DNA of 64,000 bases, from positions 186,001 to 250,000 of the forward strand of contig SMSO01000036.1 of assembly GCA_004764695.1 (NCBI GenBank), read 5' to 3'. Below the pieces are notes generated by a model, which did no database searches, was not told the origin of the DNA, and worked only from the letters and a program-made list of their open reading frames with translations. The position numbers were made by a program, and so were the translations under genes. The DNA comes from Schizochytrium sp. TIO01. Lineage: Eukaryota > Protista > Bigyra: Labyrinthulomycetes. Positions 35,285 through 47,400 of this stretch are shown here, one piece after another (position 1 is the stretch's first letter; every line of letters starts with the position of its first letter).

Positions 35285-37453
35285 TTAATTTCCAATAGTT
35301 TTTGTCTCATCTTGATCATCTTCCATGGGGGCGGCAGAGGCGGCAAGAAGAGAAAGTTGTCGGATCTGCTCGAGAAGGTCTTCCATTGGGTCAGTAGAAT
35401 CCACGAAAATTTCACGCGAGGCAACTCGTGCGAGCAGCTTTTGGACCTGCTTATCATTGAGGGTATCGGTGATTTTGGCATTTGTGATAGCAGCTTCAGG
35501 CAAAAACAGTTGTTTGCACAAAATACGCACAATACGGTAGAGGGCTACAGATCGCAAGAACTCGGCTCCAGGATCAGAGACTCCAGGGAGATTGTTCTCC
35601 TCTTGACGTAAAGCGTCACGAAGATGATCTAACTGGCCAGGAACGAGCTGTAAATCATTCAGCAGTGAACCATTAGATGAAGAAGGCGGAGACTGAAGTA
35701 GGAGAGCTGCTGTGGTATAATGCATAAGGTCCTTGGTGGCCAAAAGGATTTGTTTAAAAGCCCGATCTGCAATAGCTATACGTGTTTTGGAATCCTGTTG
35801 TAAGAAAACTGACATACGGCGTACGTGCATCTTAGTCGCGAGCTCCACTTTGAGTTTAGCGCGAGCCTTGATAGGATCGAACCCATCTGTTGCGGCAGGG
35901 GTCCCCGAATTTGCCGTCCGAAGCTTTTCGTCTTTGTGTCTATGCTCACAATGCTCGTGCGAAAGCGCATGGCCGTCTGTACTATCACCTGCTAAGGCCC
36001 GACCAATCAAAGCCCGTTCATGGGGAGTATAACTTTCCTTCCGTGTGGTTAAAACTCGCATAAGCTCCATCAGGTGATTACGGTGCTGCTCAATTTGGAA
36101 TTGGTACATAGACTTGCGCATACGGTTGAGCTTGGCAAGAATTTTGTTGCGCACTTCGATAGGCTGATCCATGTTTTCCCCCGACATTGCCCACGACCTT
36201 TTAAGCTCTGTTACATCCCAAGCTTCCATTAATGAACTCTGTAAATCCTCATCCTCTGTATCAACTTTGGGGCGTCGACGACTTGAAGGAGGTGGGACAG
36301 GAATGATAGGAGGAATACGCCCAGCATAATTGTTCTTGCTATCTAGAGAGGTTTGATGGGCTGGGTTTGTGGTTGTGGTCGTAGACAGAGGCAACGGCGT
36401 AGGCTGAGAAACTGACGAAGTTGACGACGCCGTTGTTGCAACAGACGCTGAGCGAGACATGGGTGTTGCTGCTGCAGTGATTCCAGGTGAAGATTGATTA
36501 GTGAGAGGCGTTCCAAACTGCTGTTGTTGATGAAGCTGAGGATTCGACTGATTTTGAGATTGTGATTGATGCTGTTGCTGTTGGTGGTGGTGATAATGTT
36601 GTTGCTGATGATAGTGGTGATTTTGCTGTTGCTGCTGACGTGGTTGTGCATTACTGGTTTGTCCTTGTGAGTGTGATGCCACTTCAGAATTAGCCATGGG
36701 TCCTAAAGAAAGTGGAGTGAAATCCTTGCGGGATTCAAGGGACATCATACCTTCTAGCGGTGCGCCAGTTTTGAGAGGTGACATTGCACCAAGTGACGTG
36801 CTATCACGAGAGAGCTTGGTTATGGTAAGGTTTTCAGCACCCCATGCGGGCAAAGGATTTTTTGACTGAGACTCGGATGATGATGTCGTCGGTGGTGGCG
36901 GCGTCCTTGAGATTGTTGCTGCTGAACCACTGTTGCCTGTAGGTGTATCAATAGGAGATGGGGCAGAAGATGGTGCATTGGAGTCCACTCCGCTCTCATC
37001 GATGTCCATACCATTCCAATCTGTCCATTCGTTACGAGTGGGCTGGAATGGATGCAGGGTCATCTTTCCAATCTGTTTTTTGTGTTTCTTATCAGGGGCA
37101 CTGACTGTGCCAGGAGCAGTCACATTATGTCCATGATGCCTGCGACGCTTGAGGGAGTCTCTTGCGAGGGAGCAATCGGCGGGCAATGGAATGGCTTTGT
37201 TCTTCGAGATATCAAACATTGCGACATCAGCGCCGGACCACTCTAGCCACGAATTGCTAATAGGTTGTGAAGGATGGTAATTGACACCAAACCACTTAGG
37301 GGGAGGTTCAAGACGTGGGTCGCCCTCCATCACCAAAATACTCGGATCGTAACCATAATAATCCACCTTGACCTTCTTGCGCTTGCGAGTCTTTGCCCTT
37401 GGTTTTGCATTATGCTGGTCCACAGGCGCCTGCATGACTGTGACGTGTCCCAT
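35285..37453 (-). CDS. Hypothetical protein (722 aa), Gln/His/Ser-rich middle, helical C-terminus, basic NLS-like N-terminus
   Basis: Long ATG ORF; KTRKRKKVK near the start. Confidence 0.85.
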   Translation of the reverse strand: MGHVTVMQAPVDQHNAKPRAKTRKRKKVKVDYYGYDPSILVMEGDPRLEPPPKWFGVNYHPSQPISNSWLEWSGADVAMFDISKNKAIPLPADCSLARDSLKRRRHHGHNVTAPGTVSAPDKKHKKQIGKMTLHPFQPTRNEWTDWNGMDIDESGVDSNAPSSAPSPIDTPTGNSGSAATISRTPPPPTTSSSESQSKNPLPAWGAENLTITKLSRDSTSLGAMSPLKTGAPLEGMMSLESRKDFTPLSLGPMANSEVASHSQGQTSNAQPRQQQQQNHHYHQQQHYHHHQQQQHQSQSQNQSNPQLHQQQQFGTPLTNQSSPGITAAATPMSRSASVATTASSTSSVSQPTPLPLSTTTTTNPAHQTSLDSKNNYAGRIPPIIPVPPPSSRRRPKVDTEDEDLQSSLMEAWDVTELKRSWAMSGENMDQPIEVRNKILAKLNRMRKSMYQFQIEQHRNHLMELMRVLTTRKESYTPHERALIGRALAGDSTDGHALSHEHCEHRHKDEKLRTANSGTPAATDGFDPIKARAKLKVELATKMHVRRMSVFLQQDSKTRIAIADRAFKQILLATKDLMHYTTAALLLQSPPSSSNGSLLNDLQLVPGQLDHLRDALRQEENNLPGVSDPGAEFLRSVALYRIVRILCKQLFLPEAAITNAKITDTLNDKQVQKLLARVASREIFVDSTDPMEDLLEQIRQLSLLAASAAPMEDDQDETKTIGN

Positions 37454-38264
37454 GCGCTCCTGACACTAATCTTCAGGATGGGTTAAAACTAGGCGTCGTT
37501 TTTAGTATCAGTCCTACCAAACCAACCCTGGATCGCGAGAAAGGATGAAGGATGTTCTCAAAATTCAAGAATGAATCTAAACTCAACTCAGCTCTGTGCA
37601 CGTGCTCCACCACTAGTTCACAAGAAGTCAGTAAACGGAGATATCTACACGATCTTCACGATCCCGAAGGAATCTCTGCAAGTTAACGATGTTTTGAAGA
37701 CGAATGGTTATAAGAGCTCTTTGAAATCTTGAATTCGAGCTCGAAAACTCAAACTTTGAAACAGCGCCAAATCTACACTCCAGAGCTGCGGCAGGAAGCT
37801 GGCACTAGGAAACAGCTATGCACTGATGCCTCAACGTATTAGAGCCTCCCGCAAAGGTTCGCTGCGTATCTCTGGTCCTTGACGTCGCTTTTGCCACGCA
37901 GTAAAAACACACAAGTTTCCTCTTCAAGTACGCAAGAAAGAAAGGCGCGAAAATCGGCAAAGTGCTCCTAATCCGCCGCAACCCACGTGGTTGCCAGGAT
38001 GCGCAAGGCGTACGCCGTCTGTCCGGGCCAGGACGCGGTACCAGCCTGAGTCTCAACCAGTGTTTGCCTGCGGAAAGGCGCTCTTTGCCACGCCGCAAGC
38101 GCTGCGGCCTCGAGCAGGAGTGAGTCTAGTCCAGGAACAGCTCCAGTGCTTTTTCATTTACCTACTCATCTACCGCATAACCATATCACTTTTGCCCAAA
38201 ATGGAGTTCCCCCTGTTCCCCACCTTTCCACACCTTGAAGTCAGGCACAACCAACGTCACACTC

Positions 38265-38304
<40 letters not shown>

Positions 38305-38342
38305 TTTCCCCCTATAAGGCCTATTATATGCCGGCCTCTTTG

Positions 38343-39590
38343 ATTCTAAAATGGTGACTGTGTTGGGATCGCGCCAGGACGTTGCATCTGGAGATCGAGG
38401 GGGTTTGGTGGTACATCCCCAGGGCTATTTCAAGCTTCCTGGGCTCCACCACGTCTGTCTTTGTAGCTGTCTAATCTCGTCTTCCTGAGCGACTTCTGTC
38501 TAAACTCGCCTTCGTCTTGAGAGTGCTTCTTTGCTCAATTGCAATTTACCACTATGAACGCCCTAGTACGCACCCTTAGTGTCCCACTAGTGTAAACTAC
38601 CCATTCTAAATGTGGGGGTTCTCTCCTAGCGACCTCTATCGCCTCGAATAGTACCACAGCTACCCTTTACACTAGCACCCTCCACAACATACGTGGCTCG
38701 TAAAACACAACACCCATGGAGAACATAAAGAACATAAAGAACATAAAGAATTGGAAAGAAGTAACAGTAGGGTTTCCTAGGTACCCTTACCACCACTTTA
38801 GATAGTTGGGTGTAGGTAGTCGATATATGGTTGTTGTGGTACGAGTGTGTACTTCTATTGTTAGTGCTAGGTGGTGTCCTACCTTGGTAGCAGTCTATAG
38901 CTCCTTGTTGTAGGAGTGAACTTCTCATGAGTGGTAGCAGTTCTTACTGTAGTATCGGTTTTCGAGGAGGCGAGATCGAGAACGTCATTGGGATTGGTGA
39001 CGTCTACGATCTTTGAGGAGTTGGGACCAACTTCAAGGGAGGATTCCGTATCGTGCACGGTAGGTTCTTTACTCGTACCTTGGATAAGACCATGCGGAGT
39101 CCACCTGGCTGATGGCCGACAAAGCTTCGATCATAGTTGCGCGAAAGAGCGCAGGATTGATTGACATTGAGGTGGTGGTGTTTACAATTGCAGAAAGAAT
39201 CACTGTCTGCATGGTTGGTGGGCTAGATCTGCGACCTCCCTCTTCTGTGGGAATGAGGTCCTTCGGAACTACGAGCAATAGGCATATGTGGACTTCAAGT
39301 ATAGAGCGAATCAGCAGCGTCGCTTTTGAGGCACGGGCCGCAGATCTAGGTCAGATTCGCTCAGGGAGCTTTGCTTGTACATCTTTGCATGGAGGGAACT
39401 GTTCCTACTTGATAATGCCCAGTTTGAGCTGGCATTGGGCAAGTGAACACGCTTCCACTTCTAGCTTCGTCGTTCACGAGCGGTTAGCAGAACAATGTTC
39501 GTCCGGGAATCCTAGGAGCATCATCCCGAGGATGACCCGACCATCGTCATCGTAATATTGTTCACAGAACGTTTCCGGTTTTAGTATGGT
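38343..39590 (-). mobile_element. Degenerate element or pseudogene remnant, possibly non-LTR with REL endonuclease
   Basis: Minus frame 39590-39069 reads protein-like through three isolated stops. At ~38390-38343 RSPDATSWRDPNTVTILE resembles the REL motif RPD...W....V.I.E. Confidence 0.25.
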
Positions 39591-40266
39591 ACTTAGCTAC
39601 TTACTACCTGCGCTTGCTCGCCCCAGGAGTGACGATGCGCATTAATCAACTAATCATGGAGAAAGTGGATAAACGAACAAAATATACGTTTCCTTGGAGA
39701 TTAGGTAGTAGCTACGTAGTATCTATTGACGAGAAAAGTAGGAGAGATTGCGTTTTGGTGTTTTCTTCTGCGAACTCTGTGGAATTTCAATTACTCAGTA
39801 GAGGTGATAGAAGAAAAGGTTGCTTTGTAGAATTAAGGTTTCTAAGCAACACCTGGTCCAATATTGGATAATATGATTCCATATATACGCGCATGCTCGC
39901 CTTTATGGTGTGAAGATTTCCGGATAGCATACTAGTAGCGAGTGGCAAGTAGACGTGATGGAGTCGTTTCACGACAAATTGTTCAAAATATACGGTACAG
40001 TGTCAAGCAACTGGAATTATTACAAAAAGTTGTCATTTATGGAAGGCAGTGGTGAAGCAAATTGCGTTTTCTAGATGTACTTCCTTCGCAACTCTGCACC
40101 AAAACCAGACCATTCGCCCCAAATCCTCCCCAACAGAACTGGTATCACTAAGGTCCAAGGAGTGTTTCCGTTTCGTGCCAGTAAGCTGCTCAAAGAATGT
40201 CATTTATTGTTTCCTAACCAAACAATATTATTTCGATTTATGATTGTAATAGTTATTTTTTAAAAA

Positions 40267-43179
40267 TCAATGCTCTGTTTTTCTTCTGTTTCTTCTTCTA
40301 CCCGTGCTCTCATGCCGCTGCGGTCTGTTATACGGCGTCGCTGCTCGTGCAGATTCGATAAATTGATTGTCCCCCCCAAAAGTGCCCGCAAGTTCACCAT
40401 GACCACCATCAATGGCCAAAAAAATGTCATGCAAATCCTCTTGACAGCCCTCGTTTTCGCAATGAAGATTTTGCATGTCATTAGGAAGGTTATCAAAATC
40501 TGATATTTCAATTAGCCTTAGATCATTGTCGTTGCGGCCTCGGTGACGCAAGAAAGAAGTCAAAAAAACACTTCCTAGTCCTGTCTGACAAACCATCATA
40601 ATCACAGGACGACGGCGGGATTGCTAATCTAAATCTTTTTCGAATCCAGTGTACGAGAGTGTCTTGCCATTGGCATTACACAAGTATTGGTTTTCAGCTT
40701 CAACTTCATTCTTTCGTTGAGCAGAGGTCTTGCTCAGGTCCAGCTCGTTAACTCGGAAGAACTGTTGACACACAGCGATTATTTGGTCAAATGTTTTCTT
40801 ATTGTAGACGCCCAGTGAAAGAGATTGTATTTACGACTATTATACTCATAGTCCGTCGACATAGTCTTCGATCTGAAAACCAGTTCCGGAAATACACTCA
40901 GTAGGGCCTTTCTATTCAAATCGTTTGGGCTCGTAGCGTTTTCAGTAGGGTCAGGGTGTTTAACCTGTATCATGACGGGGACGAAAGCTTCATCGCTAGT
41001 GAGATCCGTCACCGATGTACGATGCATCATCGTTATCACATCAGCACCAAAAATGTTAAAGGGGTAACAAAAGGGTTTTTTGACGAAATCCATCAAGCCC
41101 AACGAGGAGAATTTGTCCATGTTTTCTAACCATATCAGCGTATCCTGAAGGCTCTTGCTACAATTCCGTAATAATTTTCCAAATGACGATCTTGTGGGCA
41201 TTTCAAGTTCTTCAAAAGGCCCTGCGCGAGCGTCTTCATAATTGTTCCCAACAATGTCACCCTTTGCGTGTTCTAGTGTATGCCCCATGTTTTTGAAAGC
41301 ACATAGCATGGTATAATACTCCATATAGACTGCTGGAGGCTTGGTATTGTCCGTTTCATGCGTCAAAATTGCGCCTTTAACGAACTCGAGAAGAGAGTTT
41401 TCCTCAAGAAAGCTACGTAGTGCCGCCTCGAGTATCAGAGGTTCCTGAAACGTGACTTCAATATCCACGGTGTTACGTCGTTACCGACCCTGAGCCACTG
41501 TACTGACTTGGCACAGTCCTACATTGACCAGTTCCGGTGTAAATTCTCCCGACAATGGGGCGGACTGATCTGTGAAGAGATGTATCACGAGTGCCTCTTT
41601 GACTTTGTTGAGTCTATCGGCATTATTATCGTCTTTGATCCGTTTGATTGCAGTCTGTGCGGTGGAGGTTTTTCCATAGCGCCAGGATAATCTTGATTCA
41701 CGTTCAGTTCGTGATGCATTCCCGAATGCGTCTGGGCGTGTCATGACGGCGACGAAGCTTCGTATCTCTTCGAGGAACATCGCGTCGAGGTCGATAATCT
41801 CACCATGATCTCGTGCCAACAGGAGATCCACGAATGCAACTGTCCACCTGGGTCTTCCTGTAAGCCACCTACACGTGTACTGAAGAATGCGCTCATCCAA
41901 TTGGCTCAAGTCTAGAATACTTTCAAGATAGGTTTTAACATTACCCTCCTCTAGTGACTTGAAGTTGTAATGCAAGGTATCGGTGAGGGTCCTTTTTCCA
42001 GTCGCACTGGAAAGTTGTGTTATTATGTGGGCGACCGAGAAACCCGTACCGGAGAAGATGGGGTGAAGAAATGACACTGTGAGTTTGATACCAATTTACT
42101 GAGTGTTTTCGATATCGGGGAGAGTAAAGATCGTGTCTCCCCTCTTTCTATAGAGGATTCAAAAAAATCGTCAAACATATTCGCCAACACTTGTGCTTCG
42201 TCAAAGGCTACATTAAACTTGATAGTGTCTAATGAGTCATTGAGATTTTCCCAAATGAGGTCTAAGTAGGGCTCTAATAGACAGCTAAGCGTGGCATCGG
42301 TAACCCTCGTTGAAGATTTTGAAATAAATTTAGAGAACAGTGAACCAAACACATCATGTCTGAGGTAGTGTGTTGGCGCAAGCTGTACGCGAAGCCATAG
42401 CTCACAGGAAAGTTCTTCTCCGAAGTCATGTCAAAGTACGCAGAAACCGAGAAGGCGACAGAGTATCATTGCGGTTGTGTATACGCGTACATAATCATCA
42501 CATTCTCGAGGGGTAGCTTCATCTTTAAAACGTCCCAGCACGGCGTAAATGCTTCGGAGATCGTTACTGCCTGGATTGAGCGTACGGGCATCAGCTGCAA
42601 CGAAATACAGTCCGTAGCTTCTTGTAAAAATCTCAAAAATTGTTCGGGTCTTTCCAGCACCTGAGGTGCCGTAAAACCCCACGATTGATGTGTGGCAACC
42701 ACCAACAATATCTTGAAAGAGTTGGCTATCGTTAGGAAAATCCCCCCCCCCCCAAGACCATGAGTAAGGAAATCAGGGGCTGCACTAGTAGAGGCGAGAT
42801 TTTGCGGAACCTTGGCGTCGAGACGGAGAAGCTCCCTGAATGTGCCTTATGGCACGAAGACTTCCACGGGCTTGAAAAATACCTCCCGGTGGGATATGAT
42901 TCGCTGATATGTAGCATCCAGGACATCGGAGATCGGTGACATCACCTTGTAAAATCTCTGCTGTGTTTGTGCCGCTTTCAACTCATCCTTTGAATAAACC
43001 AAAGATTCTTTATACCCACCAATCTGTCGATCGTTGAGTTCCTTATCGCTTCTCAGTGCCTTCAAATACCCATTGATGTCTTTGGTTAGTTCTCCCATGG
43101 TCCTTTCCGCATTCTCATAGCGGGCGAGGACATCGTGAAGTGGAGAAGACCACGTCTGGCTTGCTGCGCCATCCGCCAT
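40267..43179 (-). pseudogene. Crinkler-related P-loop NTPase + REase-fold effector pseudogene (~970 codons)
   Basis: Joined fragments give: coiled-coil header, PDFLTHGLG.F, Walker A GTSGAGKT, GSND, WLRVQLAP, Walker B FDEAQ, SGTGFS, GRPR, EPL, then REase-like GADV...VMIQVK. Four in-frame stops (42847, 42431, 41481, 40624) and three frameshifts (C12 run 42742-42753, ~42070, ~40780). Confidence 0.8.
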
Positions 43180-43622
43180 CCTTGCCAGTTTGCTCGTTCT
43201 GTGTATTTCTAGTCGCTCTCAGTTTGGGATTTGCTTGCTAGCTTGCATCCATTGAATCGAACGAGGGAAACTGCGTATAGAAAGCTCCCAAGACGACCCC
43301 GAAGTCAAACAAAGCATGGAAACTCTAAGATTAACCACAAATTCGCTGGATCAAGAGAATGAAAATATTCCCTATGAATGGTGGGATGCAAGGAGTCTTT
43401 GCACTTGTCACGTTCTAGAGTTAACCATGTATGTGAACGGTGTATGGATTCGCGAACGTAAGTTCATGAAATGTTATGCCCAGTATAGCTCAACATATTC
43501 ACTTTACTTCACGTAAATATAGTTAGTCTACTATTACATAGCTCTTAAACTAGTACTTGTCGCTCTCAAATTAAAAAACGTGTCACTCGGACTCATGGGA
43601 TAGCGGAGCTTTCTTTGGATAG

Positions 43623-44456
43623 CGATTAAAAGAAAAGAGGGGAAACCCTCAAGGCAATTCCGAAAATAAGCACTCGAGTGGGTCCAGTCAACAAACCCAA
43701 AAGTTCGAGAGGAGCGATGGCAGAGCGACGAGGCATGAAGCAAGGGGGCAGACGCCGCCGGAGAGTGAATGCGGTGCGGAGCGTCCGCGGCGATCATCTC
43801 GAGTGAGCAACCAGAACGCACAAACCCCACCCACGGGGTCGCAATGTGGCTCAACCTGCAACGTAGATAATTGCAAGGGTGTCGCTCTAGACAAACACGG
43901 AAAATGTAGCAAACACTCTCATCGTCGCCGATGTGAAGTTGATGGTTGTGAATTAAGCGCAGTGTCACGAAAAGGTTGCTCAACTCATGGTGGTGGAAAA
44001 CATTGTCATTTCAAAGGGTGTGATAAGTTTTCCCAAGGCGTGTCTGGCTTTTGTGTAGCTCATGGCGGCGGCCGACATTGCAAGGTCCAAGGCTGTGTTA
44101 AATCAGCCCAAGGCGCAACTGATCTTTGCAAAGCCCATGGCGGCGGCCGACGATGCGAGTTACCAAATTGTTTCAAGCCTGCCCAAAGTGGAAGTAACCT
44201 TTGCGGAGCTCACGGTGGTGGCAAAACATGTCAGGTCTCAGATTGTACTAAGCTGGTCCGAGAGAACATTAAATTCTGTACTACGCACGGTGGAAACCGA
44301 TGCGTTGCACCAGGTTGTAAATCTGGCGCATTATTCAAGGGCGGGTGTTGTCGCACGCACTCTGTAAACAATCGCTGCAAAATTGACGGTTGTGAAACAC
44401 CCGCAGTCTCACGCAAACTCTGTACACGCCCCCAAGCCATGGTGGCACCCTCATAA
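43623..44456 (+). CDS. Tandem C-x4-C-x9/10-C-x2-H(GG) zinc-finger repeat protein (WRKY19-like repeats); start unclear, 3' end probably frameshifted
   Basis: About 8 repeats such as CKVQGCVKSAQGATDLCKAHGGG. Frame is open from 43623 after TTTGGATAG with no 5' in-frame ATG. The final HGG (CATGGTGGC ~44438) is out of frame. Confidence 0.8.
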   Translation, partial: RLKEKRGNPQGNSENKHSSGSSQQTQKFERSDGRATRHEARGQTPPESECGAERPRRSSRVSNQNAQTPPTGSQCGSTCNVDNCKGVALDKHGKCSKHSHRRRCEVDGCELSAVSRKGCSTHGGGKHCHFKGCDKFSQGVSGFCVAHGGGRHCKVQGCVKSAQGATDLCKAHGGGRRCELPNCFKPAQSGSNLCGAHGGGKTCQVSDCTKLVRENIKFCTTHGGNRCVAPGCKSGALFKGGCCRTHSVNNRCKIDGCETPAVSRKLCTRPQAMVAPS

Positions 44457-47400
44457 TGCCGGCATTTCGTGAAGCATCAATTACTAGTAAACCTTGCAGT
44501 CGTTCCTAAACCTTCGCCATCTGTGCTTATCGTTTATTATTGCCCGAATCTGTTTTTTGTTTTTTTATAACTGAGATCTTATTATCGTTTGATTTCTGGC
44601 CAAAGTGAACATGTGAGATGCATCTTTTTGTTTCTTTTCCAGAATGGTGTTATTGCTCCGCTGAAGTAAACACTCCAATGTAGAACACAAAGAATAAATC
44701 TCAGAAAACAACAACTCTATTTTACGAAATGTAAAGTTTCCCGCCTCAGTCCCGTGCAATGATAAAAGTCTACAGACTGGCCCATGCCGAATCTGTCATG
44801 TATACGAATTCGAATACTTTGGGACATTCTTTATGTCCCATCCGCGAAAAAAGTATGGAAAATTGAAAAAAAAAGTGCTAATCGTTTCGGTGCTCTAAAT
44901 GATCCAATGAGGTCAGAGAATGCGTGAGGCAGTTCGTCAATCATTGCCGTAGTTTTATGAAAGGGTACAATTAAAAAAATGATTGTAAAACTGCGCGTGT
45001 CTACTCTGCAGGGGAAAGGGGACTTGCATGGGCCCTCGCATGATATTGCGCATTAAAAAAATTACGAGAAAACTGTAATATATCATGTTTATGATGGTCT
45101 GATGGTAGCTTCACTACGTATTTGATGCTTCACAAAAATGTAATAGTCTTTTAAAAAAACAAACATAGGATGGAGTTACTAATTGAACTTAACTTCTGCA
45201 TAGAAATGCGTTACCCTCAAGTATTACGTTTTGCTAAGTGGGTTCGTGTGAGTTCCAAATGATCACGCCAGCGCACCAGCGATGTTGCGTGCTTTGGATG
45301 TCTTTGGAGAACACTGGCTGTCGTAAGGCATCCATCCACCACGACCACTGTGGGGAACATCGATTCTCGCTTCTCTAGGTCTAATGGTAAGGCAAATCAC
45401 GGTACGTATTTTTTTTTTACAGTGTCTGGCTTTTCCTCAAATAGGGAGCGCTGGGTTCGGACTCGCACCCACTACTACAGTACGAATCACCGTTCGCACC
45501 TACTTATCCATATCTCACTCAATCAAACATTTGCAAATCGAAGAGCATCACATTCGGGAACTAAGTTGACAAGGAAATATATTATCTTTTTACAAAAAAA
45601 CAAAACAAAAACCACAATTAAGTTTCAAGAGAAGAAGCATTGGTCCTCTGCTCTTCAATTTAACTGAGCTGATTGATCTCCGCAACTTCTGAGTATTTCT
45701 ACCCTCAAGTTCATGCTCGTGTAGCAGCTGCAGCCGGAGGTGAGAGGGACCTGCAAGATTGATTGCAATGAGGCACGCTCTAGACGTAGGTAGGCAGTGA
45801 TTTTTTATTCTAGCACGTGCAAGTTGGGAAAGAGCGGTCTCCATCTTCCGCTACAATGGTAGCAGATAGTAAGTCTCGGCAGCCACCGGAGACGAAGAAA
45901 TCCTACAATCTGCGACACTAAGCACCTACTAGTGCCTACTACCCATGTATGTATGTACCTGTTGGAGACGGTAATTGCACAAAGCCACGGATTTCGTAAG
46001 ATAAACTCAGGAATCGGTAGAATGCCACGCGGTCACGACAACGATTTTCGTAAATGTTGCAAAGGTCGCGACGAACAAAGCAAATAAATCAAGAAGGCAT
46101 ACGCATCCCATCTTGCGAGACAACCATCGCGAGGGACAGCGATTCGCACGCCCTGCTCCACTCATCCAATCCACCCATATAGTGGCAATTCGCAGTCTCC
46201 TTGGACTCTCGAGGCCGCATTTGAGGCCATTGCGTTGCGCTTGGAGGTGCCATGCGATGACCAAAAGGACCTCGCTGCAGGCAGGCAGTTAGGCATGCAT
46301 GAAAGGCCCTTCAGGGTGTTGGGGACCGCAACTTCCACGATCGATTGAGCGGACGAACGAACGAGCGAGGGAAATCGTCGCTAGCTGAGGCAAAACGAGG
46401 GTGCCTTTTCTCGCGTACTAACTCGAATCGCTACGACGCCATCGCAAAGTTCAAGTCAGCAAGCTTCGGACTTGAAGGGCTCGGAGGCGGAAGCAGACGA
46501 TGGGCTGCGGCTGCAGATGCTGCTGACTTGAAACACCGCCATCTCGGCTCAGATTTCGATAGTTGGATCACCAATAGCTCGAAGTAAACAAATATAGCAC
46601 CCAGCCCTGGTTGTCCTATAAACAAGGATCGATACTCAGCAGTTTCTAGGTTCTACAGCTCCTCAAGGTTGACATCCCATTGGCACGCGTAAACTACAGC
46701 TTTGTGAGCAAAGACATCAGGATCGCAGGAAGGCAAGCGTCAGTTTCAGGCCGTCAAAAGTATTCGCAGAGACACAATGACACCCAAGCAGGCAGAGGTT
46801 GCCGGCGTTGGCCTGAGTTATCCGAGTGCAGTTGCTCTGGTTGCACCAGGCGTCCCAGCCGTTTGAGTATCTCGTGCCTCTCTTGCAAACCGGCGAGAAT
46901 GAGGGATGTCAATCGCACTGGTAGGTAGACGTGATGTTCACTGATTCTTCAGTGTTCGCATCTTCTAGCTCGTGGCCCTCCTTGCTATCGAGGAAGGCCT
47001 TCCGAAGTGCTACATCATCCGCAAGTGCCAGTAACTTCTGTAGTAAGATTTGATGGTTTGGCAAGTGCTCGCAAGGTTCAGCGCAACAACGCGCCGCTCC
47101 TGTGTCCTTATGGGTTCTTTAGATCCCTTGAAGATACTGGGCATCATCATGTCAAGTTCAAGTCAACACAAGTTCGAAGTTCAAGTTGCCAAGGATCCTC
47201 AAGGGTGAATGAATGGATGGATGCCTGCCTGCCTGCCTGCCTGCCTGCCTCCCTTACGGAGTCCTAGAGAGGCTGAAGGCGGAGTATCAGCTGGCCTTTG
47301 GAAAACATTGATAGCGTGGCGCTTCTTTGTCCTTTCAATTGCGACAGCACAACCTGCAGCGGATCAAATTGAACTTCGTTTGCCAAGATAAATGGTTGGT

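Noticed and set aside
38352-38371. TGGTGACTGTGTTGGGATCG resembles an LTR primer-binding site
   Set aside because: No LTR pair or plus-strand gag/pol seen, and the same bases read as a REL-like motif on the minus strand.
42742-42753. C12/G12 run as a programmed frameshift or phase-variation switch
   Set aside because: The gene has six other disabling lesions; slippage during decay or sequencing error is simpler.
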